IMG/VR virus record: IMGVR_UViG_3300018013_000001
Span: 6,028-70,027 of that record
Reading direction: 5' to 3' (one strand)
Length of the DNA stretch: 64,000 nt
Source: a virus
The notes beneath the pieces are model-generated. The model was not told the DNA's origin and did not search any database. It was given only the letters and a program-made list of their open reading frames with translations. Every line of letters begins with the position of its first letter. The stretch's first letter is position 1. Shown here in pieces: positions 1-9,057 of this stretch. Made by a program: the position numbers and the translations under genes.

Positions 1-2
1 AT

Positions 3-482
3 CAGATCGTAGACTTCATCCTTTCCCACGAAGATCCCACGCTGAGTGGAAAAGTCACGACCGATACCGGGGGAGTCACGCGCTGGGGCATCGCCAGCCG
101 CTTCCATCCCGACCTGGATGTTGCCAACCTCTCTCTTCTGGACGCCCGCAGCATCTATCTTCAGGAGTACGTTCTGCCCTATCACCTCGACCAGCTTCGC
201 GATCAGGACGTTGCGAACGCCTGCGGCGACTGCTTGGTGAATCCGGGCTTGGGTGCCGGAGCCCACGTCATCCAGCAGGCGATCAACCTATACCGGGCCG
301 GGACTGTGATTGAGGATGGCGAGATCGGGCCAGACACGATCTCGCACCTCAACGGCTGCGCGGAGAACGACATCCTTCCCAGGCTTCGGGTTGCTCGGGT
401 GCTTTACTACATCAAGGACGTGCAGGCCAATCCCTCGTTGGCTGGAAACCTCACCGGCTGGCTGATTCGGGCCTGCGGTTGA
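3..482 (+). CDS. Endolysin, glycoside hydrolase family 108-like with C-terminal peptidoglycan-binding region (5' truncated by window edge)
   Basis: Frame 3 is open from base 3: QIVDFILSHEDPTLSGKVTTDTGGVTRWGIASRFHPDLDV...VIQQAIN...EDGEIGPDT...GWLIRA. The E...D-x-GG-x-T-x-WGI and DG-x-IGP-x-T motifs are typical of GH108 phage lysozymes. Confidence 0.8.
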   Translation, partial: QIVDFILSHEDPTLSGKVTTDTGGVTRWGIASRFHPDLDVANLSLLDARSIYLQEYVLPYHLDQLRDQDVANACGDCLVNPGLGAGAHVIQQAINLYRAGTVIEDGEIGPDTISHLNGCAENDILPRLRVARVLYYIKDVQANPSLAGNLTGWLIRACG

Positions 483-490
483 GCTCCAGA

Positions 491-508
491 TGTCCGTTAT
501 AATTGACT
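491..508. promoter_or_regulatory. Copy 1 of an 18-bp palindromic box (TGTCCGTTATAATTGACT)
   Basis: Near match to the perfect palindrome AGTCCATTATAATGGACT at 20822; intergenic. Confidence 0.5.
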
Positions 509-828
509 TTTCCGCAACGAAGATTTCGCTTTACAATTGCGAATTTGTTTTGTAGGATGATCTTGTCATTGGAAGTCGCGCTCCGGTGGCAAGGATTGAA
601 TTTCGGGGCCAGACCAGAGACTGGCCCCAGAATCCCGACTCTGGCGGGAAATGAAATTTGCCCTCCAATTCGATCCCACACAAATTGACCTGACAACTCA
701 GGACCAGCCATGTGGTCTCTCGGGATTTGCGCGAAAAAATGGGGACTTATATACATGACTCCCGTGATTGAGACTAGCATCCATAACGACTTTCTTGTTG
801 CTTTCACGCCGACATTACGAAGAGCGGC

Positions 829-1629
829 TCATAATCCACACATACCTTCACATTCATTCGTGAACAAGTATCCACTTTTTCTTCTTTGCTTGTTCGCCAC
901 TAGGCCAGCAAGGTCAATCTGTACGAGTGGAACCCTGGAAGAATGGACAAAGACTTCGCCACGAAAATGGCCAATCATTTCAGGACTTCGGAGCCTCGCA
1001 TCAAAGGCGATAAGTTCAGTGAAGGCCGCAGGGTCCGTCTCTTTCAGATGGAGCAGGTGATCATCATCTTGGAACGGGCATTGTTTGCAGGCAGACTTAG
1101 GGGCTGAACGGTGGAACCTGTCCCAAAGCCATCGCTTACACTCTTCCCGGCTCATCATGACGCTATCTTCCAAGAGCGGCCACCGATTCACTATGAACTT
1201 GACACCGGAGGGCTTCATCCTGTCAGCCTCATCGGTTGAGATTCCTATCCATTGGCTGACTGAGCCTGGGGCTATGTACGAACGCGGGCTGAATCCAAGA
1301 ATTTCTCGAACCTTCCTACGTATCGGGCGGATTTTGAAATTCCTAGTGCATTGTCTCTTAACGAGCCCCCCTGCCTTTATAAAGAACGGAATGCGGGCCA
1401 TGTGGTTGCCCTTGAGCAATTGCTCGCTGAGTTTCCCTCTTGTGGTGATGTACACTGGGAACGGCAACATAGACTGGAGCCACGCAAGATGAGAATAAAC
1501 TTCCGCAGGCTCGTCTTGAGTGTCAGCGAAAATGGCCGCATAGGGCATCGGGCTAAGTTCCCCACAGGCGGCCATCAGTGCCATTGTGGAAGATTGCACA
1601 CCTGCTCCGAGGCTAATGATGTGCTGCAC
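829..1629 (-). CDS. PAPS-reductase/adenine nucleotide alpha-hydrolase-like protein (phage type)
   Basis: ISLGAGVQSS PP-loop-like motif, IFADT, RQCT, WIGISTDE, KSACxxCPF and a terminal ECEGMCG. Confidence 0.75.
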   Translation of the reverse strand: MQHIISLGAGVQSSTMALMAACGELSPMPYAAIFADTQDEPAEVYSHLAWLQSMLPFPVYITTRGKLSEQLLKGNHMARIPFFIKAGGLVKRQCTRNFKIRPIRRKVREILGFSPRSYIAPGSVSQWIGISTDEADRMKPSGVKFIVNRWPLLEDSVMMSREECKRWLWDRFHRSAPKSACKQCPFQDDDHLLHLKETDPAAFTELIAFDARLRSPEMIGHFRGEVFVHSSRVPLVQIDLAGLVANKQRRKSGYLFTNECEGMCGL

Positions 1630-1683
1630 GTTTCACCTTCTTTGGTTTCTTCGGCTTTGGATGGTAGGCAAGGACCGCATCCG

Positions 1684-1779
1684 TTATGCGGTCCAGCGGC
1701 CCTCAAGGTAGAGCCTAGCAGACTCTTCATTCGGGAATGTCTCGAAAAGCTTGAAAGTGCTTATGGTGGATTTGCTCAT
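1684..1779 (-). pseudogene. IS1595-family transposase N-terminal remnant
   Basis: MSKSTISTFKLFETFPNEESARLYLEGR resembles the N-terminus of IS1595 transposases but stops after 31 aa. It has a GGAGAG RBS and lies just inside the right inverted repeat. Confidence 0.65.
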
Positions 1780-1865
1780 TTGCTTTCTCTCCTCACCAGT
1801 ATAGTAGTTGATTCCCTCAAGGGAGTCAAGTACTATATTTCCTTTGTTTTCAACGTGAGGGAGTT

Positions 1866-2114
1866 ATGTATATAAGTCCCAATTTTTTCGCTGCCTTTAC
1901 CCAAGGCATGGCGTCCCTAACCTTGTTTCCGCAGACTAGCTACCTTAAATGGTTAAGGTTACCTGGGGACAACGAATGGGAAGGACTGATTAGAGATTGG
2001 TATGTTCTTGGCACGGATGTGCAAAGAGCAATTCTGAAATGCGGTCCCGAAGAACTGCGTGTCGAACCCTCCAACCAACCCGAGCGCACTAAAACCCTCT
2101 CCGCTGCCCGATGA
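1866..2114 (+). CDS. Small hypothetical protein, partner of DUF2335 gene
   Basis: ORF with DWxxxGxDxxxAI motif of the kind seen upstream of DUF2335 genes; the start is uncertain because it overlaps the IS repeat. Confidence 0.5.
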   Translation: MYISPNFFAAFTQGMASLTLFPQTSYLKWLRLPGDNEWEGLIRDWYVLGTDVQRAILKCGPEELRVEPSNQPERTKTLSAAR

Positions 2115-2544
2115 AAAACTCCGGGGAGTAATGGTCTCTGCGAGCTATATCGGGCCATTACCCCCGCCATCTATCCTAAGACAATACGATGAAATCTGTC
2201 CTGGCTGCGCAAAAGAGTTAGTATCAGCGTTTAGAGAAGAAGGTAATCACCGTAGAGCCTTGGAATCAAAGATGGTAGAAGCAAACATTGACGGAATGCG
2301 CAGACAGTTCGCTGAGGCTAGGATCGGTCAGATTTTCGCGTTCATTCTCAGCTTAGCCTTTCTGTTCACAGGGGCGTACACCGCGATTCGAGGCCACTCG
2401 TGGGTAGGCGGATTTTTGGGGGCTATGGGAATCGGGAGCATACCAAACATTCATGAATCTTATAGGCTATTTGTACTTGAATTGTGGCACTCAACTTGCT
2501 CTAATAATTCTTTAGGCAATTTAAGATTTCTCTTGACAACCTAA
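2059..2544 (+). CDS. DUF2335-like membrane protein (C-terminus possibly altered)
   Basis: SYIGPLPPPSILRQYDEICPG...E..HR motif followed by two hydrophobic helices. Confidence 0.75.
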   Translation: MSNPPTNPSALKPSPLPDEKLRGVMVSASYIGPLPPPSILRQYDEICPGCAKELVSAFREEGNHRRALESKMVEANIDGMRRQFAEARIGQIFAFILSLAFLFTGAYTAIRGHSWVGGFLGAMGIGSIPNIHESYRLFVLELWHSTCSNNSLGNLRFLLTT

Positions 2545-2561
2545 GAAGGATAATTGATAAT
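2533..2561 (+). promoter_or_regulatory. Sigma70-type early promoter
   Basis: TTGACA (2533-2538), 17-nt spacer, GATAAT (2556-2561), upstream of a GGAGG RBS and ATG 2580. Confidence 0.65.
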
Positions 2562-2579
2562 TGCTTGCATGGAGGAGAT

Positions 2580-2744
2580 ATGAAGGCAGCAAACGTCACG
2601 ATCAATTATAAAATTCCCGCTGAACTCCGCAAGACAATCAGAATGATAGCGGCGGAAACAGGTATGAGGATGGAGCCGCTGATTGTGCAACTCCTGAAGG
2701 AGGCGATTGCGAACCGCAGCAAGGCAGAACAAAAAGGGAAATGA
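2580..2744 (+). CDS. Ribbon-helix-helix (Arc/CopG-like) regulator, 54 aa
   Basis: Translated manually: MKAANVTINYKIPAELRKTIRMIAAETGMRMEPLIVQLLKEAI..., a beta-helix-helix pattern with a strong RBS. Confidence 0.7.
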   Translation: MKAANVTINYKIPAELRKTIRMIAAETGMRMEPLIVQLLKEAIANRSKAEQKGK

Positions 2745-2851
2745 CTGTTGCGGCCTGCCTCCAATGGGGGCAGGAGCCGGAACGCTCAGCGTTCCCGCCC
2801 ACGGTAGGCGAGCACGATCAAAGCCACAGTCGGGCGACAAGGAGAACTCAG

Positions 2852-3919
2852 ATGGAACTTTTCAAAGCGCACAGGCAATGGGCAGAACGACCAGCAGATG
2901 AAAGATTCAGTGATCTTCCGACTCTTTACTCAGCCACAAAGAAATACGCTAGCCAGGCTGGCACAAAGGAAATTCCGTACAGCGACGTTCGCGTTCAAGC
3001 AGTCGATGATGATGTTCAACTCGTGGGCCGGGCGAACGTTCCGGCAACCTTCACAAATTGGGCATTCGGCCAGCTTTGCCGCATGGTTCAGGCCCCTGCC
3101 GAATATCTGCAAAGGATTCCGGCCACCCTGGCGGCGCAGAATCTCAATTATGGATTGGCAAACAAGCCACCCGAAGGCAAAGGCCAGCTTCTCTTCCACA
3201 CAAACGGCGGCTTGCTGCTGCGCGCCTTCACGAGCGATAAGTACACCCGAATTTGGAACTATGAAGTCGCTGATAGGATGCTTACGCTGGCTGACAAAGG
3301 GTGGCAGCCAGCGCGCCCGGACTTCAACAGCAGCCCGGATGACTTCCCGGCTCTATATGCCAGCGATCATGATATGTTTGCCTTTCTCTGCAACTCAAAT
3401 ATTACCATCTCAGAGCCAGGCAATCCTGACAGCTTGAAACGCGGCGTCATCGTGGAAAATTCTGAGGTCGGCGCTGCGGCACTCAAATTGACCCGCTTCC
3501 TCTATCGCGCTATGTGTGGGAATCACATCATTTGGGGAGCTACGCAGGTAACAGACATCAGTATCCGGCACGTGGGCGAGGCGCGCGAGAAGTGGGGGCT
3601 TTGGGCCACGGAGATACGGCGATATGCCGAGGAATCGGCCAGCGATGAAGAGGCCAAGATTGCGCGTGCGAAATCGCGCATGATCGCGGCCACCAAAGAG
3701 GAAGTCTTAGACAAGCTCTTTGGCTTACGTTCGCTGAATCTGACCCGCAAGGTGATCGAGGCTGGTTATGATGCGGTTCTCCCGGCGCAAGACGGCGATC
3801 CGCGGACGCCTTGGGGAATCACGCAGGGTATAACCCGGCATTCACAAACCATCCCCTTTACAGACCAGCGTAATAACATTGACCGCGCCGCTGGCAAGAT
3901 CCTCGAGATCAACTTCTGA
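2852..3919 (+). CDS. DUF932-family phage protein
   Basis: RAFTSDKY, YASDHDMFAFL, NSEVG, CGNHIIWG motifs; AGGAG RBS before ATG 2852. Confidence 0.75.
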   Translation: MELFKAHRQWAERPADERFSDLPTLYSATKKYASQAGTKEIPYSDVRVQAVDDDVQLVGRANVPATFTNWAFGQLCRMVQAPAEYLQRIPATLAAQNLNYGLANKPPEGKGQLLFHTNGGLLLRAFTSDKYTRIWNYEVADRMLTLADKGWQPARPDFNSSPDDFPALYASDHDMFAFLCNSNITISEPGNPDSLKRGVIVENSEVGAAALKLTRFLYRAMCGNHIIWGATQVTDISIRHVGEAREKWGLWATEIRRYAEESASDEEAKIARAKSRMIAATKEEVLDKLFGLRSLNLTRKVIEAGYDAVLPAQDGDPRTPWGITQGITRHSQTIPFTDQRNNIDRAAGKILEINF

Positions 3920-3925
3920 GTGTGA

Positions 3926-3945
3926 GCCCCGGCACCGACCGGGGC
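3926..3945 (+). terminator. GC-rich hairpin after DUF932 gene (possible terminator or processing site)
   Basis: GCCCCGG-caccga-CCGGGGC; no U-tract on the + strand. Confidence 0.3.
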
Positions 3946-3998
3946 AAACAGGAAAAGTCCCCAGGCGAAAGCTGGCGAGGGGGCAGAAGCGAGGATGA

Positions 3999-4361
3999 AT
4001 GAGCGAATTATTTTTGAACAAGCTAGCCTATAAACTAGAATTTCCCTGCGAGGGATGCTTTTGCAAGCTGGAACCAATCGCAATCCCTGAAGGCCATCCG
4101 ATTGCTTTCAAGATTGTCCACTGTGATCTTCACAGGTCGGCGCCAAGACTGCGCAATTCACTTAAGTTTATGATGGAGCGCATTGAGGATGGCACATTGA
4201 TCCGCAACATCGCCAGTGACGAAAAATCGGATTGGACATTAAGGATGATGCACTTTGTAAAGGACTTGACTGAGGCTCAGGCTGCACTCTATTTGAGCGA
4301 GGTGTGTGGGAAGTGTGGCCATGCTACGCATGAGCCGGACAAATGCGAACTGGATGATTGA
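3999..4361 (+). CDS. Hypothetical protein (Cys/His clusters)
   Basis: ORF with RBS, CxxCxC and CxxCxH motifs. Confidence 0.55.
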   Translation: MSELFLNKLAYKLEFPCEGCFCKLEPIAIPEGHPIAFKIVHCDLHRSAPRLRNSLKFMMERIEDGTLIRNIASDEKSDWTLRMMHFVKDLTEAQAALYLSEVCGKCGHATHEPDKCELDD

Positions 4362-4428
4362 TAGCGCGGGCAGGCGGCTGAACCTGTTCCGGTGACAGCG
4401 CCAAGGGATACCCGCATGGGAGGAAAGC

Positions 4429-5568
4429 ATGGCGACGAAGAAAGAGAGAGACGACGGGCTGGCGCGTCAGACCAGCCAGACAGACGAGATCGCGCCCGAG
4501 CGCTTGGCGGAAGAGGCCAGGATTGACATCCAGAGCGCGATCATCGTGGCTCGGAAGTTCCCGCGAAATGAGCAGCAGGCATACCAGAAGCTGATGCATG
4601 CCTGCGAACGCACCAGCTTTGCCGAGGATGCGCAATACTCGTTTCCGAGATGGTCTTCTGAGGAACAGCGCAAGGTAGACATCATCGGTCCTAGCGTTAA
4701 GCTCGCTCGTGAAGCTGGACGCTTGTGGGGTAACATCCGCTGGGGAATCACGATCATCGCGGACGGAGATGACACGCGCACCATCGAAGGTTGGGCATAT
4801 GATCTGGAGACGAATGCTCGCCCTGCCTATCAGGATACGTTCACGAAGATGGGCTACGTCAAGGGCGGAGGCTGGGAACCGTTGAACGAGCGTGGCCTAA
4901 GGGAAACCACCTCGCGTCGAGGAGCGTTCCTGATCCGCAATGCGATCTTGAACTTGATTCCTTCCGACTTCATTGACGATGCGATGCAATCCGTGGACAA
5001 AACGCTGGCTTCGGAGGCGAAGAAAGACCCCGATGCCGAGAACAAACGCATCATATCAGCATTCGACAGCATCGGCGTTCAGGTTGCAGAACTAGAATCG
5101 TTTTTGGGTCACGGATTGAGTTCGGCCAGCCCTGCCGAGATCAAGAAACTCCGTGGTATCTACAAGAGCATTGACGACGGCAACTCGACCTGGGCCGAAT
5201 ACCTCGGTAAGAAAGAGGCATCGGCTGATTCTGGAAAGAAGCAGCCATCGGGACCGGCTCCCGCTGCCAGTACGAACGAGAAACCAGTTGCCGCAGCGCA
5301 AGGCAATGGTGCTCCGCCTCCGACGAGCAACGGAAAGCCGATCAGCGAGTCGCTAGGGACCGGCGGGAAGACGATCAGCGACCAGGAGAAAGGGCTTGTG
5401 TGGCAGATGGCGCGCAAGAAGGGTTGGGCCGTGGGAAGTGGCAAGCCTGACGATGCACTTCATCTACTGCTGAAGAGCAAGCCTTACGAGATCGATTCGG
5501 TTACTAAGATCAAATCTGTTGATCTTCCGGCGATCCTCAACGCGCTGGCCAACGGACCTGCGGCGTAA
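4429..5568 (+). CDS. Putative recombination / single-strand-annealing protein
   Basis: IQSAIIVARKFPR...YSFPR...GPSVKLARE..RLWGN N-terminal domain plus low-complexity linker; adjacent to a PD-(D/E)XK nuclease; GGAGG RBS. Function inferred from context. Confidence 0.5.
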   Translation: MATKKERDDGLARQTSQTDEIAPERLAEEARIDIQSAIIVARKFPRNEQQAYQKLMHACERTSFAEDAQYSFPRWSSEEQRKVDIIGPSVKLAREAGRLWGNIRWGITIIADGDDTRTIEGWAYDLETNARPAYQDTFTKMGYVKGGGWEPLNERGLRETTSRRGAFLIRNAILNLIPSDFIDDAMQSVDKTLASEAKKDPDAENKRIISAFDSIGVQVAELESFLGHGLSSASPAEIKKLRGIYKSIDDGNSTWAEYLGKKEASADSGKKQPSGPAPAASTNEKPVAAAQGNGAPPPTSNGKPISESLGTGGKTISDQEKGLVWQMARKKGWAVGSGKPDDALHLLLKSKPYEIDSVTKIKSVDLPAILNALANGPAA

Positions 5569-5590
5569 GTCAAGGGAAGAGGATGGAAAC

Positions 5591-6232
5591 GTGAGTCGTC
5601 CCCCGAATGGTTATTGGAAGAACAATCTTCGCATCGTCAGCGTCACCGAGGCGCTGAGCGCGTCCAGGGTCAGGCGGTGGGCTGGCAAGCCCTCTGCCTG
5701 GGCTCGGCGCGCAGAGATCGGGAGCGCGGTGCACAAGGCAACGGCCATCCTTGACGTGAACGGCTTGACCTGGGACGCGGCGTCGCGCGAGTGGGTCGAG
5801 CCCTACGACGCCGTGAGCCGCGAAGTCCGGGGCTTCTGCCTGTCCTGGGAGAAGCTGAAGCGCGAATGCGATTTCGTGCCCGTCCTGATCGAGCATACCT
5901 TGTTCGCCAAGTCCGGCATAACCGACTTCGCCACGACGCTCGACCGCGTCGGCTTGCTGGCTGGTGCTCAAGCGATCATCGAACTGAAAACCCCGAAGGT
6001 GGTTGAGCCATACTGGGGGCCGCAGCTCGCGGGCCAGGAAGAGGCGCTCATGCAGACCTTCGGGCCACCGACCGACCGGCCTTTCAAGTACACGCGCTGG
6101 GCGGCGCAGCTTTTCTCGAGCGGGAAGTGCGGACGGCTCGTCCCGTTCACGGACCCGAACGACCGCAACGTGTTTCTATGGTCGCTCGCAATAGCAGTCT
6201 GGACAATGAACGCTTATGGCGACACGCGCTGA
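5591..6232 (+). CDS. PD-(D/E)XK (Cas4/RecB-like) exonuclease
   Basis: SVTEAL, GSAVH, IEH, TLDRVG, IIELKT, QLAG motifs. Confidence 0.7.
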   Translation: MSRPPNGYWKNNLRIVSVTEALSASRVRRWAGKPSAWARRAEIGSAVHKATAILDVNGLTWDAASREWVEPYDAVSREVRGFCLSWEKLKRECDFVPVLIEHTLFAKSGITDFATTLDRVGLLAGAQAIIELKTPKVVEPYWGPQLAGQEEALMQTFGPPTDRPFKYTRWAAQLFSSGKCGRLVPFTDPNDRNVFLWSLAIAVWTMNAYGDTR

Positions 6233-7547
6233 AGTTGAAGAACTTGCAAAGCAGTTGACGCCGGATGAGAAAAGAGCTTTCGGGGTTGACCATTTACTTG
6301 CTCGGAAGTCGTGGACGTATCACGGCGCAACAGATGTTGTTTATTCTTTGGCGATGAACAAACTGAAAAACCGCGAGCGGCAGACGACGCCAGCCACGGA
6401 ATCGAAGGGGGAAACACAGATGGCGAAAGCGGAAGTCCAGGAGAACAGGATAACGGACATCGTGAGGGCGGAGCCGGCGGAAGTCGCCGGTCCCATAGTC
6501 ATTACATCAGGAGCCTTGGGAGAGCTTGCGGCGGCGATCACCGCATCAATAGGCCAGACTCTCCACGAGAACATAGCAGTCCAGATCGAGAAGGCGAGCT
6601 CGTGGCAGAACATCACCGACGCCACAATGTACTTGGGCGCCTCGGAGCACAGGAAGCTGCTGAGAAGCCTGATCGCCAAAAAGGGTGAGATGTCAGACCC
6701 GAATCGTTTCCGCGTTCGGGTGAGCCTGGGGATCATGGACGGCGTCGGGCAGAGGATCGCGGTCGCGGCCGAGACGACGGTGGGGACGGTGAGCCTTGAT
6801 GATCTGTATGGCCCGCTCGCCGGGCTGCTTGATAAGCTGCACAAGGCGACGACGCAGGGGCGTGCGGAGGCTGCTGAGCGGATCGAAATGGCGCGGGCTA
6901 AGCTGGAAGGTGCCGTGCTGCGATGGCAAGACGAGCAGGAGCGCAGGAAGAGAGAGGCGGAAGTCAAGCAGCGCCTGATCAACGAACAGCTTGACAGGAC
7001 CGACCGAGCGAAGCACTGGATGACGCTGCTCGTTGAGCATGGCTATCAACTCGAAACACTCCAAAGCATCCTTGACAACCCGATTGACCAGGTGACGGAT
7101 CTGGAGGTGAACACGCTTGAAAACCTTCTGCGCGAGAAGCTGCTGGCTGAGGAGAAGGCGAAGCAGGATGCGGAGCTGGCCGAAGCCATCCAGACGGCCA
7201 AGAACCTCGGCAGACAGGACGCGGTGGAGATACTGGAAGGCAAGATGAACGAGCCGGTCGTGGTGGCTGCTCCGCCGCCTCCGCCCGCTCCAGTTGCCAG
7301 GCCGGTGTCAACGGCCGTGGCTCAAGCCGAGACTCCGAAGGTGAAGGGACAGGGCAAGCAAACGGTCTATGACGTGAAGATCGACGATCCGAGAGCGATC
7401 CCTGCCGAATGGCTGCTGCCTCCAGACGAGCATCTTCTGGATCCCGACTGGTACCCGCGCATCAAGAAAGCCGCATCGGGACAAGGAACGGCGCTGAAGA
7501 TTCCGGGGATTACGATCACTCCGAGACAGAAGTTGACGCAGAGATGA
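6216..7547 (+). CDS. Coiled-coil phage protein (alternative start at 6420)
   Basis: Long helical region; C-terminal IDDPRAIPAEWL...IPGITI motif common in phage recombination-module proteins; internal RBS GGGGG before ATG 6420. Confidence 0.6.
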   Translation: MATRAEVEELAKQLTPDEKRAFGVDHLLARKSWTYHGATDVVYSLAMNKLKNRERQTTPATESKGETQMAKAEVQENRITDIVRAEPAEVAGPIVITSGALGELAAAITASIGQTLHENIAVQIEKASSWQNITDATMYLGASEHRKLLRSLIAKKGEMSDPNRFRVRVSLGIMDGVGQRIAVAAETTVGTVSLDDLYGPLAGLLDKLHKATTQGRAEAAERIEMARAKLEGAVLRWQDEQERRKREAEVKQRLINEQLDRTDRAKHWMTLLVEHGYQLETLQSILDNPIDQVTDLEVNTLENLLREKLLAEEKAKQDAELAEAIQTAKNLGRQDAVEILEGKMNEPVVVAAPPPPPAPVARPVSTAVAQAETPKVKGQGKQTVYDVKIDDPRAIPAEWLLPPDEHLLDPDWYPRIKKAASGQGTALKIPGITITPRQKLTQR

Positions 7548-7563
7548 GAATAGAGAGGAAGCA

Positions 7564-8142
7564 ATGGAAATCGTATTCTTTGACTTCGAAACTGCGGGCG
7601 TGCTCGAAACGCAGCCGAACATCCAACTAGCCGCTATAGCTGTTGATGACAACTGGTGCGAGACCGAGACTTTTGAGAAGAAGATTTTCTTTGATGAATC
7701 TCTGGCTGATTCGAAAGCGCTCGAAATCAATCACTACGATCGCGCCGTGTGGGCGAAGGATGCGGTTACCGAAGCTATGGCGCTGGCTCATTTTGATAGA
7801 TTTCTTTGTCATCACAAGTGTATCGAAATGGTGAGCAAGCGAACCGGGAATCCGTATTCAGTGGCCAGACTCGCGGGCCATAACGCTGTGACGTTTGACA
7901 TGCCGCGGCTGCGTAAGATGTACGGCGAACGATTTCTGCCAGCTCATCCTTTAGTGCTTGATACTCTGCAACTCGCGCTGTGGTGGCACGTCGGGAAGTC
8001 TCAGCCAGAAAATTATCAACTGTCCACGTTACTACATATCTTTGGGATCGAAATCGGAGGAAATGCTCACGACGCCCTGACCGATGTCCGGGGAGCCGCA
8101 TCTTTGGCTCGGTATCTTCTAAATGCCGCACGAAAGGATTAA
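7564..8142 (+). CDS. DEDDh 3'-5' exonuclease (DnaQ-like)
   Basis: FFDFETAG, AGHNAVTFD, DTL, AHDALTDV motifs. Confidence 0.9.
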   Translation: MEIVFFDFETAGVLETQPNIQLAAIAVDDNWCETETFEKKIFFDESLADSKALEINHYDRAVWAKDAVTEAMALAHFDRFLCHHKCIEMVSKRTGNPYSVARLAGHNAVTFDMPRLRKMYGERFLPAHPLVLDTLQLALWWHVGKSQPENYQLSTLLHIFGIEIGGNAHDALTDVRGAASLARYLLNAARKD

Positions 8143-8426
8143 TGATGGCTCAAATGGTTCTGAAGCAATGGAGAGTGAAATTCGCCGTTGGCCCTGAGCT
8201 GATGTTATGGGCCAAGGACGGTGAAGACTTGCGGCTGCTCCGCATCGGCGGAGTGAAATCAATCACCCCGACCGGTGCTCGTGCAAGGGAGCGGGACATG
8301 GCAAGGGCATGTCGGAACAGGAAATGAAGCAGGCCAAGATCAAAGGCTTCGATCTTCGGACGTTGCGCGGAAGGTTCGAAGCTGCTGGTCAAGGCAGACT
8401 CTTTGATGACGCGGAGGTTTCAAGTC

Positions 8427-8753
8427 ATGGCAGAAAATCAAGAAGCCAAGTCAGCCTGGGATGATCTTGTTGCCGCCGAGCGAACCAGAGTTGCAGAAAA
8501 GCCTCTGGCTTCCGGTGACGACTTCCTTCTCTTTGACTGGATAACCCTGACCGATTTGAAGCGCAAGAAAGAGCGGGTCTACGTCAGCGAACAGGCTTAC
8601 AACCGTGACGTGGACAGCGCATACAAGCAGGGCCGGAAAGATGAACATGCCGTGAAATTAGAAAAACGCGCCATTGACCGCTTGTTCGGGTGCTCCATGT
8701 TCATCGTGTCGTTGCTTGCGCTGGCGGCGGTCGTGAAATGGATGTTCGAGTGA
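8427..8753 (+). CDS. Hypothetical protein with C-terminal TM helix
   Basis: GGAGG RBS; hydrophobic C-terminus. Confidence 0.5.
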   Translation: MAENQEAKSAWDDLVAAERTRVAEKPLASGDDFLLFDWITLTDLKRKKERVYVSEQAYNRDVDSAYKQGRKDEHAVKLEKRAIDRLFGCSMFIVSLLALAAVVKWMFE

Positions 8754-8844
8754 CATGTGGGCGGGACACTCCGAGACTTGCTGACTCATTTAGGCTCTCA
8801 GCTCACGAGGAGAACCCGCCCCAACCCTTGAAGAGAGGTTCATC

Positions 8845-9057
8845 ATGGCGGTTCAACACATCGAGAACGTGCCGGACAGATACAACGAGCTCTTGGCTGC
8901 GGAGATTCTTGACCAGGAGCCGCGCAAGACGATCCTGCACGCGATTGGGCATCTGAATGGCATCGCTGTTTTTCAAGAGGATAGCAATTCAGAAGAGCGT
9001 GCCCTTCAAGTTCTGTGGGCCGCTTACTGTCGATTGGTGACGGAGAAGAACTGTTGA
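8845..9057 (+). CDS. Hypothetical protein
   Basis: GAGG RBS, co-oriented in the operon. Confidence 0.5.
   Translation: MAVQHIENVPDRYNELLAAEILDQEPRKTILHAIGHLNGIAVFQEDSNSEERALQVLWAAYCRLVTEKNC

Larger units (their letters stand above)
731..1891 (-). mobile_element. Non-autonomous IS1595-family derivative carrying a passenger gene
   Basis: 33-bp inverted repeats at 731-763 (GCGAAAAAATGGGGACTTATATACATGACTCCC) and 1859-1891 with 2 mismatches. They enclose a truncated IS1595-like transposase start and a PAPS-reductase-like gene. Confidence 0.7.

Noticed and set aside
491-508. dif/Xer site or attP
   Set aside because: Lacks the 11-6-11 XerC/XerD layout, no integrase is in the window, and it is better explained as one of four palindromic boxes.
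2741-2851. Longer N-terminus for the DUF932 ORF
   Set aside because: The region is hairpin-rich and a good RBS precedes ATG 2852.
5591-6232. Cas4-like nuclease as evidence of a CRISPR system
   Set aside because: Solo PD-(D/E)XK nuclease in a recombination module; no array or other cas genes.
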